This document shows, in pieces, positions 48,272-58,662 of a stretch of DNA of 64,000 nucleotides. The DNA is from an uncultured Nitrososphaerota archaeon (GTDB lineage Archaea; Thermoproteota; EX4484-205; JAAOZP01). The position numbers and the translations under genes are program-made. Under the pieces are notes generated by a model. The model was given only the letters and a program-made list of their open reading frames with translations, was not told the origin of the DNA and did not search any database. The stretch lies in assembly GCA_964416155.1 (NCBI GenBank), contig CAYQCW010000001.1, positions 160,001 through 224,000 of the forward strand, in the 5' to 3' direction. Position 1 is the stretch's first letter; every line of letters begins with the position of its first letter.

Positions 48272-48553
48272 AAGTTTTCAAGGCAGGCTCCCATTAAGGG
48301 GCCTTATTCCACTGTTGATTAATCCCGTTACAGTGGATACGGGTGTATAAATAGGGTTTTTCAACTATTGTTTTTATTATGTTGCTATATTTGTTTAAAG
48401 CATGGTTGTGTCGTTTTGCGACACAATCCTTTAATATCTCTACGAATTATTGTGAGATAGGTTTGAAGGAGCTCAAACCGGTTCCGATTACATTTTCCTC
48501 CAACCATGTTCTTATTTGCCTTACGTTGTCTCCTTCTTTTCGGAGAATGAGAC

Positions 48554-49292
48554 TTGGTAAGCGTGTCTGAAGATTGGGCAAAGAAAATACTTGTTTCTAT
48601 CGATAAAACGACATATAAACTTGTCGGAGTACCTGATTGGTCAAGCCATCGGGGTACTAGGATTACTATCGAGCTCCATGTGGTGGAGGAGAACAAGGAT
48701 GAGGAGAGAGCACTTAAAGACAGTAAAGTTTTATACAGCGACGAAATTAAAGAAGGCCGATTTATTACCGGAGAATTCTTGATGAGTGACGTATGGAAAT
48801 CTACGGAGAACACTTCATGAAAATATTTGAAGAGCAGAAGGCGATGCTCGAAAAGTCTTTAAAGGTTAAGATTTTTGACCATAAAATTAGCATTTTTTAA
48901 TCACGATGCTGAAAACTATGAGATTAGACTTGAATTTGACGGTCAAGAGATTGAAATAAGAAGGGTTTTCAGCGTTCCTTTTCCAGAGAAGACCTCATAA
49001 GTATACTCTGGAAATTTCTCGGAATGAAAAAACAGGAGAGATATGCTGGAGAGATAAGGCTGAGGAGGCTTATGTAAACACGTATATGCTGCTGAAGAAA
49101 CACTTTGAAACACTTGAACACTTCACATATCCCAATTCTTCAGATATTGGAGGTAAGTATACTCTGAGATACAAGGGGCATCTATTTCACATAATTGTTA
49201 ATCACTATTCTATGTCTATTCACTCGGATGCCCCCGTGAGCTATTCGATGAATTTAACACTCATCAAGGATGATCAGCGCGCAAATCGATGA
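48554..49292 (+). pseudogene. AT-rich fragmented ORF of unknown family
   Basis: Protein-like segments in successive frames: VSEDWAKKIL..., EIYGEHFMKIFEEQK..., NYEIRLEFDG..., HKYTLEIS...KGHLFHIIV. Confidence 0.4.
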
Positions 49293-49479
49293 TGCGTGTA
49301 CCAGCATGTTTTTGCCGTCTATTGACGTAAGAAAACATGTAAAGAGCCGATCAGGAACAATTACATCGGCTAGAGACAGATGTGCTAATATAATCCGGAT
49401 TTTACGCTAGGCCTTGATTTAGATGAAAAGAACAAAAAAACACTCGAAAAGAGGATGGGACGATGAAAATCATTCCTTT

Positions 49480-51630
49480 TCAGACGAGAAAAAACTCCTC
49501 TTTCTCGCCGAACTTCCTGTATTTCTTAAGCATATCCTCTTTCAAACTGGGTTTAACGGTTTGAAGAGCTTTTTCAAAATCCTCCTTAGTCACCTTGTCA
49601 GCATCCCTTCTCAAAGCGTTTAAGCCAGCCTCCCTGCAGAGCGCCTCCAGGTCAGCCCCAGAGTAGCCCTCAGTCCTCTTTGCAACCTCCTCCAGGCTAA
49701 CGCCCTCCAAGGGCATTCTCCTCGTATGTATCTTAAGTATCTGGAGCCTTGAAGCCTCATCAGGCGGGGGAACATACAGCATTACTTCAAACCTTCCCGG
49801 CCTCATTATCGCAGGGTCGAGAAGTTCAGGCCTGTTAGTAGCGCCTATTATGATAATCCTCTCAATAGGGGTTAGCCCATCCATCTCTGTTAGAAGCTGG
49901 CTTACAACCCTCTCGGTTACGCCGCTGTCAGCCATGCTCATACCCCTCCTCGGAGCGATCGCGTCAACCTCATCCAGGAAGATTATTGAGGGTGAGGCGA
50001 GCCTAGCTTTCCTAAACACTTCTCTTATTGCTTTCTCAGACTCTCCAACCCATTTTGAGAAGATTTCTGGACCCTTAATGCTTATGAAGTTGGCCTCGCT
50101 CTCAGTCGCGACTGCTCTAGCGAGAAGAGTCTTCCCGCATCCCGGTGGGCCGTAGAGAAGTATCGCTTTAGGAGGCGTTATACCTAGTTTTTCAAACTTC
50201 TCCGGGGTCTTTATCGGGAGCTCAACGGTCTCCCTGAGCCTCCTCTTAATCTCCTCGAGCCCCCCGACGTCACTCCACCTGACCGTGGGAACCTCAACGT
50301 ATACTTCTCTCATAGCGGAGGGAGTTATTTCTTTAAACGCGTTCATGAAGTCCTCAGCCTTAACAACCATTTTCTCTAATACGGATTGAGGAATCCTCTC
50401 ATCCAGCTTTATCTCAGGCAAGTATCTTCTCAAAGCCTTCATCGCCGCCTCCCTGCATAGTGCAGCCAGGTCTGCACCAGTGTAGCCGTGCGTTATTTCA
50501 GACAGCTTCTTTAAGTCCACATCCTTGTCAAGCGGCATAGACCTAGTGTGTATCTGAAGTATTTCAAGCCTGCCCTGCTTATCGGGCACTCCTATCTCTA
50601 TCTCTCTGTCGAACCTCCCAGGCCTGCGTAAAGCAGGGTCAATCATGTTCGGAACATTCGTTGCGCCTATGACGATCACGTCACCCCTAGCCTTCAAACC
50701 ATCCATGAGCGCTAGAAGCTGAGCCACTACTCTTCTCTCAACCTCGCCGCCAACCTCCTCCCTCTTCGGCGCTATAGCGTCAATCTCGTCTATGAAGATT
50801 ATGCTCGGAGCCTTCTCCTGAGCCTCTTGGAAAACCCTTCTAAGCCTTTCCTCAGACTCGCCGTAAAACTTGCTCATTATCTCAGGCCCGTTTATAGAAA
50901 GGAAGTTGGCGTCAGACTCGTTTGCAACAGCCTTAGCAAGGAGCGTTTTACCAGTGCCAGGCGGGCCGTGGAGTAGCACGCCCTTAGGCGGCTCTATGCC
51001 CAGCCTCTGGAAAAGCTCAGGGTGTCTCAAGGGAAGCTCAACCATCTCCCTTATTCGCTGAATCTCCTCGTGTAAACCGCCAATATCCTCGTAAGTAACC
51101 CTTGGAATAGCCAGCTTCTCAGCAGCCTCTTCGCTCACTATCTGCATCCTAGTGTCTGGAGTAACCTTCACGAAGCCTCTCGGCTTAACCCGGACCACGG
51201 TGAGGCCGAGTGCTTGGCCGCCGAAGACCGGTACTGCAACTATATCGCCCTCGGTGAGGGGAGTGTCTATGAGCTTATCCCTAGCATAGTCTAGGAAATC
51301 CTCGTCCACGCTGGATATTCGCGTGCCCATTGGTGCTAACACGACTTCGCTAGCGTTCTCAACCTTATCCACCTTCCTGATCTTCACGTAGTCCCCTATC
51401 GCAACCCCGGCGCTCCTCCTTATCAGGCCGTCCATCCTCACTATCTTACGATCCTCATCCTCAGCGTAGCCGGGCCAGACTACTGCTGAAGCAGACTTCC
51501 TGCCAAGTATTTCGACAACGTCTCCAGTCTCAGCCTTAAGCTGAGCCATCTCCTTCCTCCCTATTCTAACTATCCTCCTGCCGACATCCCTCGGGCGTGC
51601 TTCAGCAACAACTAGTTGAACCTCACTCAT
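49480..51630 (-). CDS. cdc48: CDC48/VAT AAA+ ATPase
   Basis: N-domain plus two AAA modules ([16 protein letters not shown]; RPGRFD, RPGRFE). Confidence 0.97.
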   Translation of the reverse strand: MSEVQLVVAEARPRDVGRRIVRIGRKEMAQLKAETGDVVEILGRKSASAVVWPGYAEDEDRKIVRMDGLIRRSAGVAIGDYVKIRKVDKVENASEVVLAPMGTRISSVDEDFLDYARDKLIDTPLTEGDIVAVPVFGGQALGLTVVRVKPRGFVKVTPDTRMQIVSEEAAEKLAIPRVTYEDIGGLHEEIQRIREMVELPLRHPELFQRLGIEPPKGVLLHGPPGTGKTLLAKAVANESDANFLSINGPEIMSKFYGESEERLRRVFQEAQEKAPSIIFIDEIDAIAPKREEVGGEVERRVVAQLLALMDGLKARGDVIVIGATNVPNMIDPALRRPGRFDREIEIGVPDKQGRLEILQIHTRSMPLDKDVDLKKLSEITHGYTGADLAALCREAAMKALRRYLPEIKLDERIPQSVLEKMVVKAEDFMNAFKEITPSAMREVYVEVPTVRWSDVGGLEEIKRRLRETVELPIKTPEKFEKLGITPPKAILLYGPPGCGKTLLARAVATESEANFISIKGPEIFSKWVGESEKAIREVFRKARLASPSIIFLDEVDAIAPRRGMSMADSGVTERVVSQLLTEMDGLTPIERIIIIGATNRPELLDPAIMRPGRFEVMLYVPPPDEASRLQILKIHTRRMPLEGVSLEEVAKRTEGYSGADLEALCREAGLNALRRDADKVTKEDFEKALQTVKPSLKEDMLKKYRKFGEKEEFFLV

Positions 51631-51707
51631 GGTTTTCGAGAAAGGGCCCTGCCACTTAGATTTAAGCTTTCAACAAACCTGTTCACATTAGCCAGAGTAA
51701 AATAATC

Positions 51708-53486
51708 CTACTGTGCTTCCTTAGGCTCCTCCTCAATCTTCTTCAACTGACTTCTATACATTTCCAGGATCTCTTTAACGGTTGTAGCTTGCTCCGGAGA
51801 CTTATCGTCCCTAAGCTTCCCCGTATACTTCGGGAAGCGGCCGGCGAAGCCTGACCCTTCTCTAACCAAGCCTAGGCCGCACGTGTGAACTGGGCTCAGG
51901 GTTATTTCGGAGACTATTATCTCAATGACGATCCTGGGCTCAACCCAAACGTCAGCCTCAATCTTAGAATCCACCCTGGGATGCCTATGCTCAATCCTGT
52001 ATTTGCCGACAAGCTCGGCGAACTTCTCAAGATCCTCGTCTGTAAAACCGGTTCCGCATTTAGCAAACGTTCTAAACATGTCCTCCTCAGGGTCATAGGC
52101 GGCTAGAAGATACGCGCCGTACCTGCCTGCTCTCTTCCCCCTACCGTGGAAAGCCCCGACCATAACCAGGTCTATGGTGTCAGCGACCTCGACCTTATAC
52201 TCCCTCTTCAGCTTTATCCAGCTCCACTCCCTGGCACCAGCCCTATAAGGTGCTTTCAAATCTTTAACAACAAGCCCCTCGCAGCCCTCTGAAATAGCCT
52301 CCTCCATGAAGCTCTCTATCTCCCTAGGATCTTTTGAAACGATTTGTCTAACCAGCTTAACCCTCTCGTCTTCAACAATAATCCTGCTTAACGCAGACCT
52401 CCGTTCAACGTATGTTTTCTGAGTATAATCCATCTCATCAGCATACAGTAGGTCGAAGAAGAACATGGCAACAGGATATTCTTTCATCGCCTCCTCCACG
52501 CCATACTTCCTCCTCCTGTGCATAAGCTCTTGAAACGGCAGCAGCTCTCCAGTATTCGGGTTTATCGCCACGCATTCAGCTTCAAGAATAGCCTCCCGGG
52601 CCTTCACATTCCTCCTAGCTAGCTCTATAGCGTCAGGATAGTGGCTAGTAATGTTTTCCAGCCGTCGTGAGAAAAGCATAATGCCACCACCATTCTTATG
52701 AATCTGGACGCGCTCTCCGTCGAGCTTATACTCTGCAGCGGCCTCGCCGCCAAGCTTTTCAAGAACCTCTTGAACGGTTGTCAAGCGTTCCGCAAGCATC
52801 GGCCTAACAGGTTTGCCGACCGTAATCTTAAACTCTGAAACACCGCTGAGCCCCTTCTCAGCAACAGCTCTCGCAACAGCCCCCAGGTCGCTGGAAATGT
52901 TGTATGCACGCTCTATAACCGGCCTGTTAGACTTGTCGCCGGTGAACGCTTGAGCGAGAGCATCCAGAATCGTGTAGTCAGCTATGCCGAGCCTAAGCCT
53001 CCCGGTGATTGTTCTAACAGCATACTTAGCCTCCTTCGGAGACATGTCTATCAGCAGGGAGACGAGCAGGCTCGTCTTCAGAGTCACAGAGCCTTTCCCA
53101 CCCAGCTTGGCAAGCCTGTAGAGCTTCTCGTATACTTCCAGTAGGGTTGGGTTCCTGCTTACAAGCTTCCTCTGAACCTTTCTTCCTGCAAGGGTTTCCG
53201 CCGTGCTTCCAAGGTCTCCGGTATCCTTGTAGATTTTCTCAACAGTCTTCTGGTCAAAACCTGAGAAATCCGCTAAAGCCCTTAAGACGAGTTTGTCAGC
53301 CATCCCGAATTCTAGGCCCTCGTAGTCAGGCCTAACCTTTCCCTGAAGCAGGTAGACAAGCTTCTCAAGCTCAGCAGGGCCAGCCTTCTTAAACAGGTCT
53401 ACGAGGAAGCTCGTCATCTCAATCCTTTTCGACGTCAACTCAACTTGCTCCATCGCGTCCGCGACTTCTCCGAAAAGCATAACCAT
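51708..53486 (-). CDS. lig: ATP-dependent DNA ligase
   Basis: EYKLDGERVQ, FDLL, EGLVVK, WIKLK, GTGFTD, RFP...RDDK. Confidence 0.97.
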   Translation of the reverse strand: MVMLFGEVADAMEQVELTSKRIEMTSFLVDLFKKAGPAELEKLVYLLQGKVRPDYEGLEFGMADKLVLRALADFSGFDQKTVEKIYKDTGDLGSTAETLAGRKVQRKLVSRNPTLLEVYEKLYRLAKLGGKGSVTLKTSLLVSLLIDMSPKEAKYAVRTITGRLRLGIADYTILDALAQAFTGDKSNRPVIERAYNISSDLGAVARAVAEKGLSGVSEFKITVGKPVRPMLAERLTTVQEVLEKLGGEAAAEYKLDGERVQIHKNGGGIMLFSRRLENITSHYPDAIELARRNVKAREAILEAECVAINPNTGELLPFQELMHRRRKYGVEEAMKEYPVAMFFFDLLYADEMDYTQKTYVERRSALSRIIVEDERVKLVRQIVSKDPREIESFMEEAISEGCEGLVVKDLKAPYRAGAREWSWIKLKREYKVEVADTIDLVMVGAFHGRGKRAGRYGAYLLAAYDPEEDMFRTFAKCGTGFTDEDLEKFAELVGKYRIEHRHPRVDSKIEADVWVEPRIVIEIIVSEITLSPVHTCGLGLVREGSGFAGRFPKYTGKLRDDKSPEQATTVKEILEMYRSQLKKIEEEPKEAQ

Positions 53487-53528
53487 GGTATTAAGCGCAT
53501 TTGGAGTGGTAAAAATGTTTCTGTCTCT

Positions 53529-53996
53529 TCAGAAAGAATAGGGCTGGGATTCCGAGGCGAGGAAGGCTTCTAAGAGCTTCTTGAAATCAACCGGGTCTCC
53601 TTCCCCAACTCCGGGACATTGCTCGTCGAAGATGAAAACGTACTCCTCGTAGCCGTGTTTGACCACCTCCACGTCTTCAGGGAGGCTTAGAAGACGCTCC
53701 AACACCTTTTTCTCAACTGGGTAGAAAGGGTAAAGCCTGCATAAAAGAGGCTTATGATCGTGGATCGTGCAAAGCCCGTTTCCGAGGAATTGGCAGAAAC
53801 CTTTTTCACCAACCAGGATCATCCTACCCTCAGGGGTACGGTGTGGATTGAAGGAAGGTCGGACTCTTCTAATCTTCCCCACATCTTCTTCAGAAACCTC
53901 TGGAGTAAGACCGCAGCATTTCTCCCCGCAAAGTTTGCATTTGAAAAGCATGTTCCTCCAAGCTATCGGAAGCCTAGGGGGAATAGTTTCAACCAT
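53529..53996 (-). CDS. YkgJ-family Fe-S/Zn cluster protein
   Basis: CKLCGEKCC, C.FL...CTIH..KP.LCRLYPF, CPG. Confidence 0.85.
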   Translation of the reverse strand: MVETIPPRLPIAWRNMLFKCKLCGEKCCGLTPEVSEEDVGKIRRVRPSFNPHRTPEGRMILVGEKGFCQFLGNGLCTIHDHKPLLCRLYPFYPVEKKVLERLLSLPEDVEVVKHGYEEYVFIFDEQCPGVGEGDPVDFKKLLEAFLASESQPYSF

Positions 53997-54051
53997 TTCA
54001 ACAGAAACTTACAGGAACCTTTTTAAAACCTTATTCTTCAATTGAGGAGGC

Positions 54052-54633
54052 TTGACGCGTAAAACTGCTGAAGCCTTCTCCTACCTGTTATCTAACCCTG
54101 TGGTAGGTGGCCTCGGAGGACTCGTAGTAATGCTTAGGGAGGAGGCTTTCCCAGACAGCCCTGTGCTGAACATTTTAACGGTGTTGCTCTTCTACAGCAT
54201 ACTTCCCTTTGTAAGCGTCTACTATCTCAGGCTGCGCGGCAAATCAGACGTGTTTATGAGTGAAAGAAGCAGGAGGCCGAAACACTTTATTCCTGGGTTA
54301 GTAGGCTACGCGGTTTCAGCAATCGTCTTCCAAGCCTTAGGAATGAGGCTGATGAAAACCGTTTCATCCTCATTCCTTTTAACATCGCTGATCCTTCTGC
54401 TCCTAACATTCGCGACAAAGGTGAGCATTCACGTCGCAGGCTTGACTGCAACAGTAATCCTAGTGCTTTACTCCTACTGGCCCACCGGATTAATACTCTT
54501 ACCTCTGATACCTGTTTTAATGTGGGCACGCGTAAACACGGGTGAGCATACCTGCTGGCAGACGGTGTTTGGCGTCTTTACAGGCACCGTGGGCAGCCTA
54601 CTCGGAATAGCGTTTTTTCCATCATGGTCTTAA
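54052..54633 (+). CDS. PAP2-like integral membrane protein
   Basis: About 6 TMs; KVSIH and WARV....HT..Q motifs. Confidence 0.7.
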   Translation: MTRKTAEAFSYLLSNPVVGGLGGLVVMLREEAFPDSPVLNILTVLLFYSILPFVSVYYLRLRGKSDVFMSERSRRPKHFIPGLVGYAVSAIVFQALGMRLMKTVSSSFLLTSLILLLLTFATKVSIHVAGLTATVILVLYSYWPTGLILLPLIPVLMWARVNTGEHTCWQTVFGVFTGTVGSLLGIAFFPSWS

Positions 54634-54636
54634 CGC

Positions 54637-55380
54637 TTACCAGTGCACGGTCAAGCTACCGAGCCTAGGGAAGGCTTTCAACCCTTCTCCCTGAGCGAGA
54701 AGTACCGGTGTAAAAGACATCAAGTCGACTTTCCTAAGGATGGGGGAAAGAAGACTGTTCACATCAACCTCGTTAACCGCCATCCCCATTGTCAATGGGT
54801 TCATCGAGGGGAGTACTATTATCTTCACCCCCCTGTGCTCACCGTGGAGGAAGCTTTTAAACCGGTGTTTAACCCCTATGGAGTCCCTTATTGAGACAAC
54901 AGGGTGTTCGTGACCCATCAGAACGATGCTCCCGTCTCCTGGCAGCTCGTGTTCCTTGTCTCCGTGTATTAGAAAGTATTTCCCAAGCCTCAGAGGCGGG
55001 TCCTGAAACTCCACGTTAAGCCTTCTTAGAACAAGCCTCACAAAATTGTCATGGTTCCCCCTAACCAGCAGTGGCTCAGCGCCCAAGCTGCGAACATCGT
55101 TAACAAAATCCTGAACCTGCGTCCATTCCTCAGGATTTAAGTCTCCAAACTCGTTCTTAACATCCCCGAGGATTATAAGTCTCTTAGCAGACCTGTGGTC
55201 GAAAATGTTTCTCAAAGACTTGACCACCGGGGCGTATGTTGGGAAGGGGATGTGTACTCCTTTCTCCTCGAGCTCCCATTCTAGGCCGAGGTGAATATCG
55301 GCTACAACCATGGCGTCCAGTGATTTCACGTACAGTGCTGGTTCGAACTCAACTATTTCAACATCGTCAGTTAGCAGCAT
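54637..55380 (-). CDS. Lhr-associated metallophosphoesterase (MPE)
   Basis: ADIHLG, GDVK, GNHD, HGD, GHEHP. Confidence 0.9.
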   Translation of the reverse strand: MLLTDDVEIVEFEPALYVKSLDAMVVADIHLGLEWELEEKGVHIPFPTYAPVVKSLRNIFDHRSAKRLIILGDVKNEFGDLNPEEWTQVQDFVNDVRSLGAEPLLVRGNHDNFVRLVLRRLNVEFQDPPLRLGKYFLIHGDKEHELPGDGSIVLMGHEHPVVSIRDSIGVKHRFKSFLHGEHRGVKIIVLPSMNPLTMGMAVNEVDVNSLLSPILRKVDLMSFTPVLLAQGEGLKAFPRLGSLTVHW

Positions 55381-58015
55381 GTATTGCCGCCAGAACCTCC
55401 CTGTGAAGCCTCTCTAGAAGAGTCCTCTTATCCTCCATGAGCACAACGTCGGAGAAGCTTGAAACAAGCAGAGAGTGGGAGAGAGGGGAAGCAACCCTGT
55501 TAGGCTTGCAGACCACTAGGCTCCTCACACCCTCTTCGAACTCGGATACAAATCTCGTCGCGTTCTTAATATCCATAACATCCTCAAGGATCTCCCTGTA
55601 TGTTTCCCTCATAACTGGGAAATCCTTCAAATCCTTCACAGCTTTAAGAACGTGTTCAGAGTTCAACTGCAGTTTAGAAACTATTACCTCATGACCCTTA
55701 TAGTTCCTAAGTATCATGAAGCTCCTGACAGCAACATGCCTAAACCTGTGTTTCAACATGTCTGTCTTTTCAATCGACGAGACGACGAGTTCCTGAAGGT
55801 TTGAAGAGTTCACCGATCTAACAACCTTCTCTGGATCAACCCTGTATTTTGGCGGGAGCATCAGCAGGAAACCATTATCGCTCACCGCGATCTGTATTGA
55901 AACGGATCCGAGCAGGTTTGACGCCGCCACTGCGAACGCTCTTGAAAGGACATCATTAACCCTTCTTCCCACTAGGCTGTGGAAAACAAGAATCTGCCTA
56001 TCCGACTCATCAACATAGTTCTCCACTATTAACGAGCCCTTCCTGATGTACGGGAGTATACCTATGTTGTTGAAGTATTCCGCGGTTATCCTGAGATAAT
56101 CGTAGAGGGCGACAGCAGTCTTCCCGTCTACCTTGAAATACTCCATGTACTGCTTAACCCTGTCCTTCTTCCTGTCGAACAGGATTGTCTGGAGCTCTCT
56201 TACCCTGAACTCGTCAATCATGTTGGCCAAGTCGTAGGAGAGGGGGAGCATCTCGGAGAACCATTGGGGCACAGTCGGCTTCTCACCCTCAGCGGGTTCG
56301 ACTATAAGCTTCATCAAACGGCTTTTCAAACACCTGTATGGCCTGCCTCCGAGCAGGAAGATGTCTCCGGGGGAAAGCCTTTCGAAAAACTCCTCCTCAA
56401 TGTTTCCAACAGGCCTGTTGTCCCTTGTGAAGACCTTGACCATCGCCATGTCGGGTATCGTACCGGTGTTAGTCATGTAGATCACCCTAGCGAGATTACC
56501 CCTTCTTCCGAAAACCCCGTCAGCCTCGTCAAGCCAAATCTTCCCGTAAACCTTGTATCCCTCAAGCTGCCTGTAGTACCCGCTTAAATACCTCAGGACG
56601 CTTACGAAATCCTCTCTTGTCAGGTTTCTGAAGTTGTATGATCTCCTAACGAGACCATATGCTTCGTCAACCCTCCATTTTCTCTCAACAGCCATGCCTA
56701 CGATGTGCTGAGCCAAAACGTCAAGAGGATTCTCCGGAATATAGGCTTCGTCAAGCTTTCCTGCTTCAGCAGCCTTAGACATTACGAGTACCTCGAGAAG
56801 ATCATCCCTCTCCATGGGTATGAAGATGCCTTTTGAAACAGCCTCGAGAGAATGGCCCGAACGCCCTACTCTTTGAATCGCCCGGGTCACGGACTTGGGT
56901 GAGCCTATTTGAACCACGCAGTCTATGAAGCCGATGTCTATGCCTAGTTCAAGCGAGGTACTGGTGACAACAGCCTTAAGCCTTCCCTTCTTCAACTTGT
57001 CTTCAACGTCCAGCCTAACCTCGCGCGATAGAGAAGAATGGTGAGCAGCATACTCGTCCTCGCTTAAAACGGTTTTAGGCCTGAGCTTCTTAAGATGGTA
57101 TACTACTCTCTCGGTGCTGCTCCGCGTGTTGGTGAAGATGAGAGTAGTCCTGTTACGCCTTATGATTTCGTTTATCAACCTGTACATCCTCCTGCCGAGC
57201 TCTTCAGCAGGCGTGTGGACGAGGTGATGGTGCGGCGATACGACTTTAAGCTCGAACCTCTTTGAAGCATGAACATCCACTACGGTGCAAGGCCTCGGCG
57301 AGGAATCCTCGTAACCAGCCAGGTAGGCAGCAATCTTCTCCAAAGGGTGGATGGTTGCGGATAAGCCTATCCTCTGGAAATCTTGGCCGGAGAAGCTTCT
57401 CAGCCTTTCAAGGCTTAGCGAGAGGTGGGCACCCCTCTTAGAGCTGCAGAGCTCGTGTATCTCATCCACCACAACCCATCTGACACCCTTTAGAAAAGAT
57501 CTGAATTTCGGCGCTACGAGAATTATGGAGAGGCTTTCAGGAGTGGTTATGAGTATGTGAGGAGGCTTCTTAAGCATCCTTCCCCTTTCAGAGGTTTTAG
57601 TATCACCCGTCCTAACGTGTATCCTTATCTCTGGAAGAGAGACCCCTTTCTCCTCGGCAAGCCTCCTCAGCTCTTCCAACGGTTGTGAAAGGTTCTTCCT
57701 CACGTCATTGTTTAAAGACCGGAGGGGAGAAACATAAAGACAATAAACCCTGTCTTCAAGCCTGCCTTCGAAACCCATTTTAATCAGATCATCCAGAATT
57801 GTTAAGAAGCATGCGAGCGTCTTACCGCTTCCGGTTGGCGCAGAGATTAAAGTGTTCTCACCCCTCCTAATAGGGATTATCCCATAGGACTGCGGCGGGG
57901 TTAACCCTTTGAACCTGCTTCTAAACCATTCGCCAACAATAGGGTGGAGTACCCTAACAACATCCTCGAGCGAACTCTTAACAGTGTAGAACCTGAAGGG
58001 CTCCCCTGACATCAC
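55367..58015 (-). CDS. lhr: Lhr-core ATP-dependent helicase
   Basis: APTGSGKT, SPLRSL, TTPES, DEIH, SAT, SLELGID, QRVGRSGH, DVLAQH. Confidence 0.95.
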   Translation of the reverse strand: MMSGEPFRFYTVKSSLEDVVRVLHPIVGEWFRSRFKGLTPPQSYGIIPIRRGENTLISAPTGSGKTLACFLTILDDLIKMGFEGRLEDRVYCLYVSPLRSLNNDVRKNLSQPLEELRRLAEEKGVSLPEIRIHVRTGDTKTSERGRMLKKPPHILITTPESLSIILVAPKFRSFLKGVRWVVVDEIHELCSSKRGAHLSLSLERLRSFSGQDFQRIGLSATIHPLEKIAAYLAGYEDSSPRPCTVVDVHASKRFELKVVSPHHHLVHTPAEELGRRMYRLINEIIRRNRTTLIFTNTRSSTERVVYHLKKLRPKTVLSEDEYAAHHSSLSREVRLDVEDKLKKGRLKAVVTSTSLELGIDIGFIDCVVQIGSPKSVTRAIQRVGRSGHSLEAVSKGIFIPMERDDLLEVLVMSKAAEAGKLDEAYIPENPLDVLAQHIVGMAVERKWRVDEAYGLVRRSYNFRNLTREDFVSVLRYLSGYYRQLEGYKVYGKIWLDEADGVFGRRGNLARVIYMTNTGTIPDMAMVKVFTRDNRPVGNIEEEFFERLSPGDIFLLGGRPYRCLKSRLMKLIVEPAEGEKPTVPQWFSEMLPLSYDLANMIDEFRVRELQTILFDRKKDRVKQYMEYFKVDGKTAVALYDYLRITAEYFNNIGILPYIRKGSLIVENYVDESDRQILVFHSLVGRRVNDVLSRAFAVAASNLLGSVSIQIAVSDNGFLLMLPPKYRVDPEKVVRSVNSSNLQELVVSSIEKTDMLKHRFRHVAVRSFMILRNYKGHEVIVSKLQLNSEHVLKAVKDLKDFPVMRETYREILEDVMDIKNATRFVSEFEEGVRSLVVCKPNRVASPLSHSLLVSSFSDVVLMEDKRTLLERLHREVLAAIHAAN

Positions 58016-58062
58016 TCGGCTCCTTCAAAGCTATGCTCAAGATAGTGTTGATAAACCTTCCC

Positions 58063-58662
58063 CTAACTCCCGCTTTTCCACCGGGGCATCACTATAAGGC
58101 CTTCATCAGGATCCCCGTAGGCCTCGTAATCACCATCGTAAAACATTTTCGCCACGAGGGCAGCAGTAACAGCGTCAAGCTCATGATGGGTCTCCGCCTT
58201 CCCCAGCCCCCTTATTTTAAGACGCGCTAATCCTTTCCGAAGACTCTTGACGCCGCGAGATTTACGCGGTATCCTGAGAATATCCTGAGCTCCTCCGGGA
58301 TAAACCTCTATAACCCTGAAACCAGAAGAATCAAGCATCTTTTTAAGCCGGATGCCTCTTTCCGTCAGGGAGCGCATAGGCCCCAGTGTGACGGGGAAAA
58401 ACCTTATGCCTCTTCTCAAAAGCTCCCTGTCGCAAACCCTAAGGTGAATACTACTCCTGACCTGTAGGCTGACTCTCCCCCTTGGCAGGGAGAGCGGAGC
58501 ATCAACCGCGACCACCGCGGGATTGAAACGTGAAACCTTCCTCAGGATCTCCGCATCCGTATACAGCATCATTGTTTCAACGCTTAGGGACTCATCCAGG
58601 GCTGCGAAACCACTTGGCCTAGTCTCCACCCCGGCTAGATCTATGCCTATGAAAAACATCAT
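58063..58662 (-). CDS. DUF429 predicted RNase H-fold nuclease
   Basis: GIDLAG, VDAPLSLP, R.CDREL, EVYP, HELDA. Confidence 0.85.
   Translation of the reverse strand: MMFFIGIDLAGVETRPSGFAALDESLSVETMMLYTDAEILRKVSRFNPAVVAVDAPLSLPRGRVSLQVRSSIHLRVCDRELLRRGIRFFPVTLGPMRSLTERGIRLKKMLDSSGFRVIEVYPGGAQDILRIPRKSRGVKSLRKGLARLKIRGLGKAETHHELDAVTAALVAKMFYDGDYEAYGDPDEGLIVMPRWKSGS

Noticed and set aside
48998-49166. 13-bp direct repeat TAAGTATACTCTG
   Set aside because: Only two copies, inside an AT-rich decayed ORF; no array or element boundaries.
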